From an uncultured Clostridia bacterium (lineage in GTDB: Bacteria; Bacillota; Clostridia; TANB77; CAG-508), in assembly GCA_948777935.1 (NCBI GenBank), contig CAQDYY010000002.1, positions 43,251 to 107,250 of the forward strand: a stretch of 64,000 bases of DNA, written 5' to 3'. Under the pieces are notes generated by a model. It was not told where the DNA came from. It searched no databases and worked only from the letters and a program-made list of their open reading frames with translations. Position numbers and translations under genes: made by a program. Below, piece by piece: positions 19,505 through 28,847 of the stretch. Position 1 is the first letter of the stretch; each line of letters begins with the position of its first letter.

Positions 19505-20486
19505 TTACTTATGTTTCTTTGATTTTAAGATTATTCCAATTATTAATAATATAACTGCAACTGCAAATACAATTATAAATATATTTTGTTTCTTTGAATT
19601 TTGTTTAGTATCTTGTACATCATCTTTATCAAGTCCTGCTTGTTTTCTAAAAACATCATCAACTTGTTTATCATGTTCTTTTTGTTTTTCTCTATCTTCT
19701 TTCATATCTTCAGTTTCAATAGTTTCTCCATTTGCTAAAGTTACACTTCCTATAAACTGAGTGTGTTCTAAATCAATATCATAATCTTCATAAGAAATCC
19801 AAGCTGTTCCGTTGTTACCCCAGTTGCTACCCCAAGAATTTAATACTAACCATGCTCCGTCATGTTCAGGTTTTTCATATACAAAGTTATTTCTTGAATA
19901 GTTATCATCCCAACCTATTATTACAACTTGATGACCTCCTCTATATTGGGTAATTTCATCATTATGATATATCCCACCTTTATAATTATCCCATTGTTTA
20001 TCACTTGTAACACTTACAGATACTGCACCATATTTTATTATATATTCTTTTATTGTATCTTTATCTCTGTTAATATATACTAAGCTCTCGAAGTCTTTAA
20101 CCACTTCTTTTGCAGATGCTTCATTTACTTTTTGGTCTATATTTTCTATCTGTGAAAATCGTTTATTTGGGAAATCACTCTCCAATACAAGATGTGTTTG
20201 TCCGTTGATAAGCATAATAAGTTTCTGATAAGTTATAATTTATACCTTTTGCTTTTTGTATAAAAGTTTCTATCATCTTCATACATGTATAGTGGGTACA
20301 CGAAGGACCATCATGATATTCTTCTTTTGTTAATTCTATTTGATTTTCTACTCCTATGTTTATATCATTCCTTAAATCATATTTACTTGGTATATCTGTT
20401 TGTTCATCTGTTGCATATACTGTACTAAAAATTGCTATAAGTATTGTTATTGTTAGAAATAAACTAATTAAAAACTTTTTCTTCAT
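19505..20486 (-). CDS. Paralogous papain-like peptidase. Contiguous with a +1 shift at CGG (20204-20202).
   Basis: The track splits it into 20175-20486 and 19505-20215. Reading CAA-c-GGA-CAA joins ..NYNLSETYYAYQ to GQTHLVLESDFPN, colinear with the paralogue ..NYNLSEAYMAY..GKQVLESDFPT. GGHQVVIIGWDD and NSWGSNWGNNG are present. Confidence 0.75.
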
Positions 20487-20535
20487 ATCATTACCTCATT
20501 TCTTTCTACATTATACTACAAAATTCGACATAATT

Positions 20536-20952
20536 TTACTTGAAATATATGGAAGTGAACTCATTAAGTATATGTTCTGATTCCAAATTATCAAAACTAT
20601 TCTTAATACTAAATATTTCCTTGATTCCTTCCTTTAGTCTATCTGCATTTTCTTCTAATAATCTTTCATTTACTGTTGCTAAATTTATCATTAAACAAAT
20701 ATGATGATATGTTTCATTGTCTACTATGTCATCTATTATGTACTTAGGTATCCTAAATCCAAAATACTTTTCTAATGTTTCTTGTATTAACTTTTGCCTT
20801 TGTAATCTTATCTCTATTTGTAGCTTTTCTTTGTTTATATCTTCTGTTGAATAATCTTCTAAACTGCATTGCATAATATAAATAGCTCCTTCCACTATGA
20901 TTATAACATATTCACTCAATATTTTGAATGGTTTTGTTGAAATTTCACTCAA
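20536..20952 (-). CDS. Hypothetical protein (start uncertain).
   Basis: ORF divergent from an XRE gene. An internal Met (MQCSLEDY) could be the true start. Confidence 0.4.
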   Translation of the reverse strand: MSEISTKPFKILSEYVIIIVEGAIYIMQCSLEDYSTEDINKEKLQIEIRLQRQKLIQETLEKYFGFRIPKYIIDDIVDNETYHHICLMINLATVNERLLEENADRLKEGIKEIFSIKNSFDNLESEHILNEFTSIYFK

Positions 20953-21018
20953 TTTGTTGAGTGGATTTTAAACTATACTTTGTTAAAATTAAGGAAATGT
21001 AGTAAAGGTGGGGGATAG

Positions 21019-21282
21019 ATGGAATTTTCAGATGTAGTCGCTTTAAAAATTAAAGAATTAATGGAACAGCAAAATGTAACAACTTATAAATTGCAAGACT
21101 TAACTGGTGTTTATAGTTCTACTATTACAATGTTCTTAACTAGACAAACTAAAACCATAAGACTTGAAAACTTGCTGTATATCTGTGAAGGTCTTGGAAT
21201 AAGTTTATCCGAATTTTTTGCAGATGAAAGATTTAAAAATGCTGAAGCTAAAGACTGGCTTAAAAAGAAAAAGGAGAAATAA
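21019..21282 (+). CDS. XRE-family HTH regulator.
   Basis: RBS GGTGGGGG. VTTYKLQDLTGVYSSTITMFLTRQ is an HTH. Confidence 0.65.
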   Translation: MEFSDVVALKIKELMEQQNVTTYKLQDLTGVYSSTITMFLTRQTKTIRLENLLYICEGLGISLSEFFADERFKNAEAKDWLKKKKEK

Positions 21283-21325
21283 CTGATTTTATAGTATTAT
21301 CAATTATTTCTCTTTTTTAATATTA

Positions 21326-21979
21326 TTAAAATGATATTCCTTCCTTTATTCCTAATTTAAAAGTTTCTATTTTTTCTAATCTTTCTATATCATCATCTAA
21401 ACTAATATATTCAAGTACAGCTTTTAATTCTTCTTTAGTTAAATCTACTACTTGTCTGTCCTCTACGAATGTTCTAACATTAGGATATTTATTTTTAATT
21501 GCTCTCATTTTATCTGTTATTTCTTTATAATCTTTTGTTTTGCTCCATATATTAAACCTATTATCCTCTATATACTGCATTATGCTGTCTATATAATTAT
21601 AAAAGAAATTATCATTTGAATTTTGTTCATCTTTTAGTTTGCTTTTTATCCTTTGTTTTTCTAATGACAATTCTTTATCTAAACAATATCCATATATAAA
21701 ACTTTGTTCTGCTGTAAGATTTTCCATTTCATCTCGATATGTTTCCCATCTGTCAAATAAATCTTTTTGTTTATATGTTAATGTTTGTCCTAGTTTTTCT
21801 TCTGTTTCTACTATTTTACTTAAAACTTTATCATATAAATCATTTGTTTTAAATGTTTCTTCTATGTAATCGTGATACATTCTTAACAATGTTGGTGTTA
21901 TTTCTTTATTTCCTTTTAATTCACTTTCAAACTCTTTATTAAATTGTTTAACATAGGTTAATTTATTTTCCATTCCCAT
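21326..21979 (-). CDS. Hypothetical protein (217 aa).
   Basis: ORF with AGGAAAGGAG upstream. No family recognised. Confidence 0.45.
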   Translation of the reverse strand: MGMENKLTYVKQFNKEFESELKGNKEITPTLLRMYHDYIEETFKTNDLYDKVLSKIVETEEKLGQTLTYKQKDLFDRWETYRDEMENLTAEQSFIYGYCLDKELSLEKQRIKSKLKDEQNSNDNFFYNYIDSIMQYIEDNRFNIWSKTKDYKEITDKMRAIKNKYPNVRTFVEDRQVVDLTKEELKAVLEYISLDDDIERLEKIETFKLGIKEGISF

Positions 21980-22097
21980 GTATTTGCTCCTTTCCTAAAA
22001 TCAAATTTAAACTATTTTTTATCTTAATAGTACAGTTTGTTGCTTTTAAAATTAGCTTTTAATTGTCCGTAAATCTCGTTTGAATGTCCTATATGCT

Positions 22098-22367
22098 TTA
22101 ATCTACATTGATGTTATTTTCTTTAAATACATTTGCTATTTCATTTTGTATAATACTATCCACATAATCATTAAAATCTTCGCTTTCTACAACTCTACTA
22201 ACAATTTCATCAATATAGCTTATTTCAATTTTATTATTTTCTAATTCATCTTCATAAGATGTTTCTATTAAATTCAAAACTGTTGTTTTAACTGCTCCGT
22301 AGTAATTACATTCTATTTCTTCTCTTATAGTATCAATGTTATTTATAGTTAATTTTTTATGATTCAA
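22098..22367 (-). CDS. Hypothetical acidic protein (89 aa).
   Basis: ORF in a co-directional array. Confidence 0.4.
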   Translation of the reverse strand: MNHKKLTINNIDTIREEIECNYYGAVKTTVLNLIETSYEDELENNKIEISYIDEIVSRVVESEDFNDYVDSIIQNEIANVFKENNINVD

Positions 22368-22387
22368 TTTTTACACCACCTTTATTT

Positions 22388-22582
22388 TTAATCTACATTA
22401 AATACTTCTTGTAACTGACTTTTTAATGCTCTTGATATTTTAACCATAGCTTTGTAACTTGGATTATCTCTTGTACCTTTTTCTAAATGATTTATATAAC
22501 TTGATGAAAGTTCTGTCATCTCTGCAAGTTCATATTGCTTTATTCCTTGTTGTTCTCTGATTTCTCTTATTCGGTTTTCCAT
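22388..22582 (-). CDS. XRE-family HTH regulator (64 aa).
   Basis: IKQYELAEMTELSSSYINHLEKGTRDNPS. Confidence 0.7.
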   Translation of the reverse strand: MENRIREIREQQGIKQYELAEMTELSSSYINHLEKGTRDNPSYKAMVKISRALKSQLQEVFNVD

Positions 22583-22980
22583 GTTACCAACCTCTTTATC
22601 TTACCATTTTCAACTTCTATTCCAACATCTCTTGCAATAAATTCAATAACTCCTTCTTTTGATGTGTCAAATAACACTACTGTTACCCAACCCTTTTTTA
22701 GATATAGCTTTTCTTTCTTCCATTCTTCTTTATGTTTATGTATTGCTAACATATACATTTGGCTATCAAAAATTACTACATGATATATTTTTATAGTTTT
22801 TTCCTGTTCAAATATTTTTATCATATCCACAATTTTACCATCAAATATAATTTCTGTTCCAGTTTCTTTTACTTTAGATACATATACTTTGTTGTTATCC
22901 TTAAAGTCTTTGATTATTTTAGAATCTAATTTTAGTATTTCTAATCTTTTAATAGCTTCTTGTTTTAATTCATCTTTCAC
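22567..22980 (-). CDS. Hypothetical protein (137 aa).
   Basis: ORF whose 3' end overlaps the next gene start by 16 nt (coupled). Confidence 0.45.
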   Translation of the reverse strand: MKDELKQEAIKRLEILKLDSKIIKDFKDNNKVYVSKVKETGTEIIFDGKIVDMIKIFEQEKTIKIYHVVIFDSQMYMLAIHKHKEEWKKEKLYLKKGWVTVVLFDTSKEGVIEFIARDVGIEVENGKIKRLVTWKTE

Positions 22981-23001
22981 TTTCTACACCTTCTTTTTTA
23001 A

Positions 23002-23790
23002 TTACAAATATTGTGCATATCTTGTACTAATGCTTTTTATCCATTCTTTATCAACTCTATCTAAATATGTACTCCATGCTTTCTTGTTACTATTCCACCA
23101 CCACTTACGGCTTTTTAATGCAACTATTAACTGTCTTTGAATTCGCATAGGAAATCTTATATATGCTCTATCTCCTTCAATATATGCTGTAAAATTCTCA
23201 TCTTCGTATATAATTTCCTTTGTGATCTCCTTGATTTCTCCATTCATTGAATTTTGATAAACTTTAAATATAATGCTGTTCTTTCTCCATTTGAATTTTG
23301 GATAATACTTCTCATAAAGTTCAACAAATTTCTTGTTATCTAAATATGCCAATTTAACTAAATGTTCTCTTGGGTCAAAACCTCTTTCTTCGCAAAAATC
23401 TATCATATTCATAGTTAGTTCAATATCTCTTGCTGTTGTATCTATTTTAGAATTTTTTAATTGTTCTCTTAAATCATCAAACCAACTACAAAAGTCATGT
23501 GTTGCTTTAAATACTTGGTCGCTCTTGTCTAATCTTTTTGAATTATAATTTGCAGGTCCTGCCACCATCACACTAACATGTTGAGCTTCATATTCTAATA
23601 TTTTTGAATATCTTTTATGTACTTGTTCTAATATCTTCTGTTTCTTATTGTTTGGAATATCCCAACTTAAAACCTCATCTATATATGATTTATAACTTTG
23701 TGCTGATATATCTCCTCTTGTTCCATTAAAACTATTATAATTTGCTCTATGTATTAAGTTTTCATCTAATTGTTTTATTTGTAATTCCAT
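23002..23790 (-). CDS. Hypothetical protein (262 aa), of a type common on conjugative-element cargo.
   Basis: ORF. The C-terminal LKSRKWWWNSNKKAWS motif resembles modules seen on plasmid/ICE accessory proteins. No firm family. Confidence 0.45.
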   Translation of the reverse strand: MELQIKQLDENLIHRANYNSFNGTRGDISAQSYKSYIDEVLSWDIPNNKKQKILEQVHKRYSKILEYEAQHVSVMVAGPANYNSKRLDKSDQVFKATHDFCSWFDDLREQLKNSKIDTTARDIELTMNMIDFCEERGFDPREHLVKLAYLDNKKFVELYEKYYPKFKWRKNSIIFKVYQNSMNGEIKEITKEIIYEDENFTAYIEGDRAYIRFPMRIQRQLIVALKSRKWWWNSNKKAWSTYLDRVDKEWIKSISTRYAQYL

Positions 23791-23793
23791 TTT

Positions 23794-24303
23794 CTAATCA
23801 TCTCCATTATCTAAATATAATTGTTCTGACCCTAATCTTTTAATTTCCTGCACCTGTCTATTATTTTCTTCCCATTCCTTGATTTTAAAATCGCTATGGT
23901 CTATTACTGCATTTATTATGTCTTGTGTACTAAGTAGGAAATTATAAATATGTTCATAATTACTATTACAATTATTCTTATTTCTTCTGAAAGATTTGAC
24001 ATCTCTTTCAAATCTATTGTAACTATCTAATAGTTTAAATATTAGCTCCAGTCTTTCCTGATTATCTAATGCAATATATCTTAAATCTGCTCCTGCTCGT
24101 GGTGGTGTTACTTGACTTAGATTTCTACATGCTCCTTCGACCTGTTCTCTCATCTTGTTAAGATTAACATTTGATATTATATTTTGTTGCAATGCAATTA
24201 TTTGTTCTTCTTCCAAGTCTGATAACTCTATATTCTGCATTTGCTTTAGTATCAATTCATTTGCCAATATAACCACCTTCTTTTTATTATTTAGTTTCTG
24301 CAT
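23794..24303 (-). CDS. Hypothetical protein (169 aa).
   Basis: ORF in a co-directional array. Confidence 0.45.
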   Translation of the reverse strand: MQKLNNKKKVVILANELILKQMQNIELSDLEEEQIIALQQNIISNVNLNKMREQVEGACRNLSQVTPPRAGADLRYIALDNQERLELIFKLLDSYNRFERDVKSFRRNKNNCNSNYEHIYNFLLSTQDIINAVIDHSDFKIKEWEENNRQVQEIKRLGSEQLYLDNGDD

Positions 24304-24649
24304 TTAATTTTAGTAACTGCTCATCTGTTAGTTGTTCTGTAATATCAATTAGTTTCTTTATGTTTCTTCTCTTATTAGGTGTTTTATCTAATATAATATT
24401 TTTTCCTTTTTCTTCGCATATTGCTGTTTCTACATCTTTAATATAATTAAATTTATCAATATGTAATATTATTTGATTTTCACTATTATAACTAAGGCTA
24501 AATTCAAAGAAACCTGTATCATCTATTTTTAATTTTTTAAATAATGTTTTTTGGGAATGATAAACCCAAAATACTATATTGAATTTCCAATTATTACTGC
24601 ATTTATGATTTATTTCCATTATCTGCTGTTTAGTCATTGATATTGCCAT
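24287..24649 (-). CDS. Hypothetical protein (120 aa).
   Basis: ORF overlapping the next gene by 17 nt. Confidence 0.4.
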   Translation of the reverse strand: MAISMTKQQIMEINHKCSNNWKFNIVFWVYHSQKTLFKKLKIDDTGFFEFSLSYNSENQIILHIDKFNYIKDVETAICEEKGKNIILDKTPNKRRNIKKLIDITEQLTDEQLLKLNAETK

Positions 24650-24667
24650 GTTTAAACCATCTCCTTT

Positions 24668-24862
24668 TTACTTGTCATACTTTGGGTCTTTCTTTACATA
24701 TTTTAGTTCATCTATACACTCTTGTTTTGTATCTCCAAAAATTGATACTGTATCATATTCAGTTACCCAAGGCTCTTTTAGTGCTAAACACCATCTTCCA
24801 TCTTCTGTTTTTTCCCAATATTCAATTTTTTCTTTATCTGATTTTTTCATATTATTGCTCAC
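24668..24862 (-). CDS. Hypothetical protein (64 aa).
   Basis: Short ORF in the array. Confidence 0.35.
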   Translation of the reverse strand: MSNNMKKSDKEKIEYWEKTEDGRWCLALKEPWVTEYDTVSIFGDTKQECIDELKYVKKDPKYDK

Positions 24863-24887
24863 AACCTATCTTTATTTTATTACTGAA

Positions 24888-25172
24888 TTAGTCATCTTTT
24901 CTAATAGTTATAAATTTAATTATATTTTCATTTATTCTATAATTTCTCTCTAATTCTGAAATTATGCTAGGGTCAGCTTCAAAATAAATTACTATATAAT
25001 ATCCTTCTTTACATTTACTTATTTCATAAGCTAATCTCTTAACTCCCATTTTATCTACTTTTGTAACTTCTCCATTTTGATTTATTAAGTCTGTTATTTT
25101 TGTGATTATTCCTTCAATTTCTACTTCATCTAAATTTGGTCTAATAATAATTACACTTTCATAGTCATTCAT
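24888..25172 (-). CDS. Ribosomal protein bS6 homologue encoded on the mobile element.
   Basis: 94 aa. YESVIIIRPNLDE..., KVDKMGVKRLAYEI.K.KEGYYIVIYFEADP..ISELERNYRINENIIKF matches the bS6 pattern (YE..fI.rP...E, wG.R.LAY.I.k...G.Y, .E.eR..r..e.v.R). Confidence 0.7.
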   Translation of the reverse strand: MNDYESVIIIRPNLDEVEIEGIITKITDLINQNGEVTKVDKMGVKRLAYEISKCKEGYYIVIYFEADPSIISELERNYRINENIIKFITIRKDD

Positions 25173-25316
25173 TGTTTTAGTTTCTCCTTTTCATATTTTA
25201 ATTTTAAACAACTTTATTTTTTACTGGTATAACTTGTTTCCTGTAATTTATTAATTTAAGTGTCGTAAATCCTCGTTGAAAGCTGACATACCAGTATTTT
25301 GATGTTTTAATATTAT

Positions 25317-25982
25317 TTAGTGGAATTTTTGAAATCCCCATTTTCTAAATAACTTCTCTAGTTTGTTATATTCTGCTGTTCCTTTTGCTGTTGTTACATC
25401 TCTTGGATAATAACAATTTCTTTCTGCATTGTAGATTCCACCATTTACAAAATGATGTCTTGATAGTTCTAAAATTTCTTTGTTACTGTTTCCACTACTG
25501 CCAACACCTCTAATCCCTAAAGATATTTCAAAGTTTTTCAAACCTAATTTATATAAATTAGATGGTGTAACTTCTTCAATGTTGGTATTTAACCATGGCT
25601 CTTGCATTTCTTGTCCCATTTCATCATAGGCTTTTACTATGTAACCATTATCTCTTAATGTTATCCAACTTCTTGTATTTCCTGTTAGTCCATAGGCTAC
25701 CAAAGAGCCACTTGGTCTTTGTACAAAATCCTGATATATAACCTGCGACTTCTTTTTAAAGTCCTTAGCAATTTTCAAAGCTACATTTACATTATTGATA
25801 AAGGCTATCCTGTTTCCTTGAACGCAAAGAAATAGGAGTTTTAATCTGCCAATCAATTCTCCTATTTCTCTAAATTCTTCATCTGTTATACTATCCAAAA
25901 CAGTTATTTTTGGACTTCCTTTTTGTTTAGAATAACTAATAATTTCTTTTAATTTTACATCTTTTAACGGAATATTCCACAT
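25317..25982 (-). CDS. Hypothetical protein (221 aa).
   Basis: ORF. No family recognised. Confidence 0.45.
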   Translation of the reverse strand: MWNIPLKDVKLKEIISYSKQKGSPKITVLDSITDEEFREIGELIGRLKLLFLCVQGNRIAFINNVNVALKIAKDFKKKSQVIYQDFVQRPSGSLVAYGLTGNTRSWITLRDNGYIVKAYDEMGQEMQEPWLNTNIEEVTPSNLYKLGLKNFEISLGIRGVGSSGNSNKEILELSRHHFVNGGIYNAERNCYYPRDVTTAKGTAEYNKLEKLFRKWGFQKFH

Positions 25983-26153
25983 TTTTTACTTACCTCATCT
26001 CTGCCGATTTCTGTTGTTAAAATCCTGTTTTTCTTACTCTCCCAGCTGATGAAGTAGCTTAACACAAAATTTACTGTTAGTAAACTCCCTCGTTAAAAAA
26101 TTTATCTTATAAGTTTTAAAATATGTCAAGGGATTTATTTTTATTCAAATTTG

Positions 26154-26390
26154 TTATTTGTTTAGTTCCCTTAATAGTTCAAGTGCTTTTTCTAATTCTA
26201 CTATACTATTTTCTCCTAACATATTTAAAGTCCTGTAATCTTTTTTTAGTATAGTATTTATTTCTATTTCTTGTAATATCTGTTCTACTAGCAATGATAC
26301 ATCTATATATGTTCCTCTTAGACAATATATTTCTTTCTCATTAACTTTTAGAGGTTTTGCATTATTTATAGTTCTATCTAACTTATCCAT
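26154..26390 (-). CDS. Hypothetical protein (78 aa).
   Basis: ORF overlapping the upstream ORF by 8 nt. Confidence 0.35.
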   Translation of the reverse strand: MDKLDRTINNAKPLKVNEKEIYCLRGTYIDVSLLVEQILQEIEINTILKKDYRTLNMLGENSIVELEKALELLRELNK

Positions 26391-26688
26391 TTTGTAACTC
26401 CTTATGTTTAAATTTTTGATTCAATAAATCTACTCTTTCTTGTAATGTGTAATTCTTCTCATCATTTATACTATTTTCTAAAATATAACTAACATTTGCA
26501 AGTAATGTTACGGATTTACTTAAAGCTGTTGCTACATATTCATAGTCTATATGATTTAACTCGGTTATACATTGCACATTAAAATTGATATTTTCAATAA
26601 TTCTTTCTAAATTTGCAGAGTTTCTTATAACATCATAATTTCCCTCGCGAATATCTTTCTTCAATTCATAGACCTTCATTAGCAACAT
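26383..26688 (-). CDS. Hypothetical protein (101 aa).
   Basis: ORF in the array. Confidence 0.35.
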   Translation of the reverse strand: MLLMKVYELKKDIREGNYDVIRNSANLERIIENINFNVQCITELNHIDYEYVATALSKSVTLLANVSYILENSINDEKNYTLQERVDLLNQKFKHKELQNG

Positions 26689-26801
26689 CTCCTATTATAT
26701 TTTTCTTATTCTATTAATATTTTACCAACAGAAAATAAAAAATAGTAACTTACATTTTTTATAAGTTACTATTCAAAATTTTGTGTTTCCTGTGTTTTCT
26801 G

Positions 26802-27830
26802 TTATCCTTTTATTCTTTTTATATCTTCCTCACTTAGTCCTGCTAGTCTTAGTCCTTCATCTGTATATCCATAATCAAATGCTTCTTTACATACTTTATC
26901 TGCAAATATATATTTATAGGTATCAAAAAACAAATTAAAACTTATTTTATTTTTCATTAAATTACCCATAGCTTTTAATATTCTTGCATTTCCTTTTAAC
27001 TCTCCTTCAAAATATTCAAAACTATCATAATCAAATATATGGTCGTAATAAACCTCTCCATAATTTGAAATATAATATCCACAGCCATTCATATCAGAGC
27101 TGTCATGACTTCCTTTATCTAAAATTTTCTGAAAGTCCTCATTCCAATTACATAGCCATTCTAAAACAAATACAGTTTTCCCACCTTCAACATCTGTTTC
27201 TGCATTAAATATTGTTCTTGATGGTGCTGTTAGTAAATCTCCTTTTTTAAATGGTGTAGGAATATTTAAACAAATTCCATCTGTTTCTGGATATTCATTT
27301 GTACTATATATATTTATTAGTTCTAGCTGTTTATTTTCTATGTTATATTTTTCTATAATTCTTATGCCATTTCTCTCTAAAGTTCTTTTTATTAGCTGTA
27401 TCTTTAATATTTCATTATCTGTATCCTCTTTTAATTCTTGATATAATGCCATACATACATCATCATAATTTTTATAAAAATTTTCACTTTCTTCAAATCC
27501 ATGTGAATATGAATTTCTATAACATATTTCATAAGTATAAATCATATTTTCAGATTCCGTTTGTATTTCTTTCCTTAAATCTTTTATTCTTTGGATTTCT
27601 TCTTGTATCATATCTTTTACACTATCATAGTGTTTACAATTCATTCTTTCAATTACTTCCATATCAGGATAATCTGATATTAGTTCTTGATATGCAGTTA
27701 TTTTCTCATCTATGCTCATTCTTTTATTTCTATAAATTAATACTGCCAGTTCTTCTGTATTAAATTGATGTTTTATCTTTTTGCAATGTTCTTGAATTGC
27801 TTTTGAATTGATTAAATTATATATATCCAT
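26802..27830 (-). CDS. Hypothetical protein (342 aa from ATG 27830).
   Basis: GGAGG lies 9 nt upstream of ATG 27830. The longer track start at 27860 would overlap the preceding gene by 26 nt. Confidence 0.45.
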   Translation of the reverse strand: MDIYNLINSKAIQEHCKKIKHQFNTEELAVLIYRNKRMSIDEKITAYQELISDYPDMEVIERMNCKHYDSVKDMIQEEIQRIKDLRKEIQTESENMIYTYEICYRNSYSHGFEESENFYKNYDDVCMALYQELKEDTDNEILKIQLIKRTLERNGIRIIEKYNIENKQLELINIYSTNEYPETDGICLNIPTPFKKGDLLTAPSRTIFNAETDVEGGKTVFVLEWLCNWNEDFQKILDKGSHDSSDMNGCGYYISNYGEVYYDHIFDYDSFEYFEGELKGNARILKAMGNLMKNKISFNLFFDTYKYIFADKVCKEAFDYGYTDEGLRLAGLSEEDIKRIKG

Positions 27831-27834
27831 TTTT

Positions 27835-28317
27835 TTATTCCTCCAATATTTTAAATTCATCTATTCCAACTGATAAACCTAAACTACTTCCATTCTCCCA
27901 GTTTACATGGATAGTTCCTATATCATCTACATATTGTACTATTCCTAATGTTCCTGTTGGTACTGGTGCAATTAAATCATACATCTTAACTAATTCTATT
28001 TTAGTTCCTGCAACATATTTTTCTCTTATGTATTTTATTTCTTCTTGTGTATGATTTTTCGTTTGACTTTGCTTATCTAATACTAAAATAATATCATCTA
28101 ATTCAGATACATCAATTATTCCTTCTAGTCTATCAGGACTTACTCTAACCTTTAGCTTTCCATCAAATTCTGTTATTGTTAATGTTTTGTATACATCTTG
28201 TTCTCCATCTCTATTGTATAAATATTCTAATGTCAAAGAGTTACCTGATATAATTAGATTTACTCTATCCATGTACTTATCTGCTACCTTTTTAACTACT
28301 TCAATTAAAAGTTCCAT
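27835..28317 (-). CDS. Hypothetical protein with a DUF4314-like C-terminal domain (recollection only).
   Basis: C-terminal GTLGIVQYVDDIGTIHVNWENGSSLGL resembles a domain common on Firmicute conjugative elements. Confidence 0.4.
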   Translation of the reverse strand: MELLIEVVKKVADKYMDRVNLIISGNSLTLEYLYNRDGEQDVYKTLTITEFDGKLKVRVSPDRLEGIIDVSELDDIILVLDKQSQTKNHTQEEIKYIREKYVAGTKIELVKMYDLIAPVPTGTLGIVQYVDDIGTIHVNWENGSSLGLSVGIDEFKILEE

Positions 28318-28666
28318 TTTATTACCCCCATTATAATCAAATTTAAACTATTTTATCTCTTTGGATATATAATTTGTTGTTTATTATTTTTAATTCCAAA
28401 CGTGCCAAACCTCGTAATGAAGTCCACCATTTAAAATTAAATCTACAACAAATTTTATACCAAAACATCTATCATCAAGTATTTACTTACGCAGTCAGTG
28501 AAGTAGCTTAACATATTAATTTGGATTTTGCAAATGTTTGATATTTAAGCATTATATAAAATAAGAAAACTGCTAAACAAATATTGATATTGTTTAACAG
28601 TTGTGATATTATAATAATCAATAGAATATTATTAAGTTTATATTATATAAGATTTATTCTAATATT

Positions 28667-28700
28667 TTTACCCAACTTTTGTGAATTTTTACCCAACTTT
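28667..28700 (+). promoter_or_regulatory. Two direct arm-type repeats TTTACCCAACTTT (attR side).
   Basis: Copies at 28667-28679 and 28688-28700, about 150 nt inside attR. Confidence 0.55.
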
Positions 28701-28847
28701 AAGGGATAATATAACACTATTTAAAATAATATAAACTTATTTAAGATAAGTATGAAAAATGTATATGTGTTGATTCTATTATGTTTGGTGTTTTTTTCTT
28801 AGAGTAATAACAATTTCAAAAATTACTCTAATTTTCAAAATGTGGTG

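Larger units (their letters stand above)
6854..28847. mobile_element. About 22-kb integrative (probably mobilisable) element inserted in the tRNA-Lys(CUU) anticodon loop.
   Basis: Bounded by the two halves of one tRNA gene and a 9-bp direct repeat GACTCTTAA (6845-6853 and 28848-28856). Integrase/Xis at the left end. Five copies of TTTACCCAA(C/G)TTT near both ends. Carries replication, recombination and accessory genes. No capsid, tail or T4SS genes. Confidence 0.85.

Noticed and set aside
6854-28847. Interpretation of the 22-kb insertion as a prophage.
   Set aside because: No terminase, portal, capsid, tail or lysis genes are recognisable. The content (integrase, Xis, Rep_trans-like, AAA_25, resolvase, small cargo ORFs) fits an integrative mobilisable element better.
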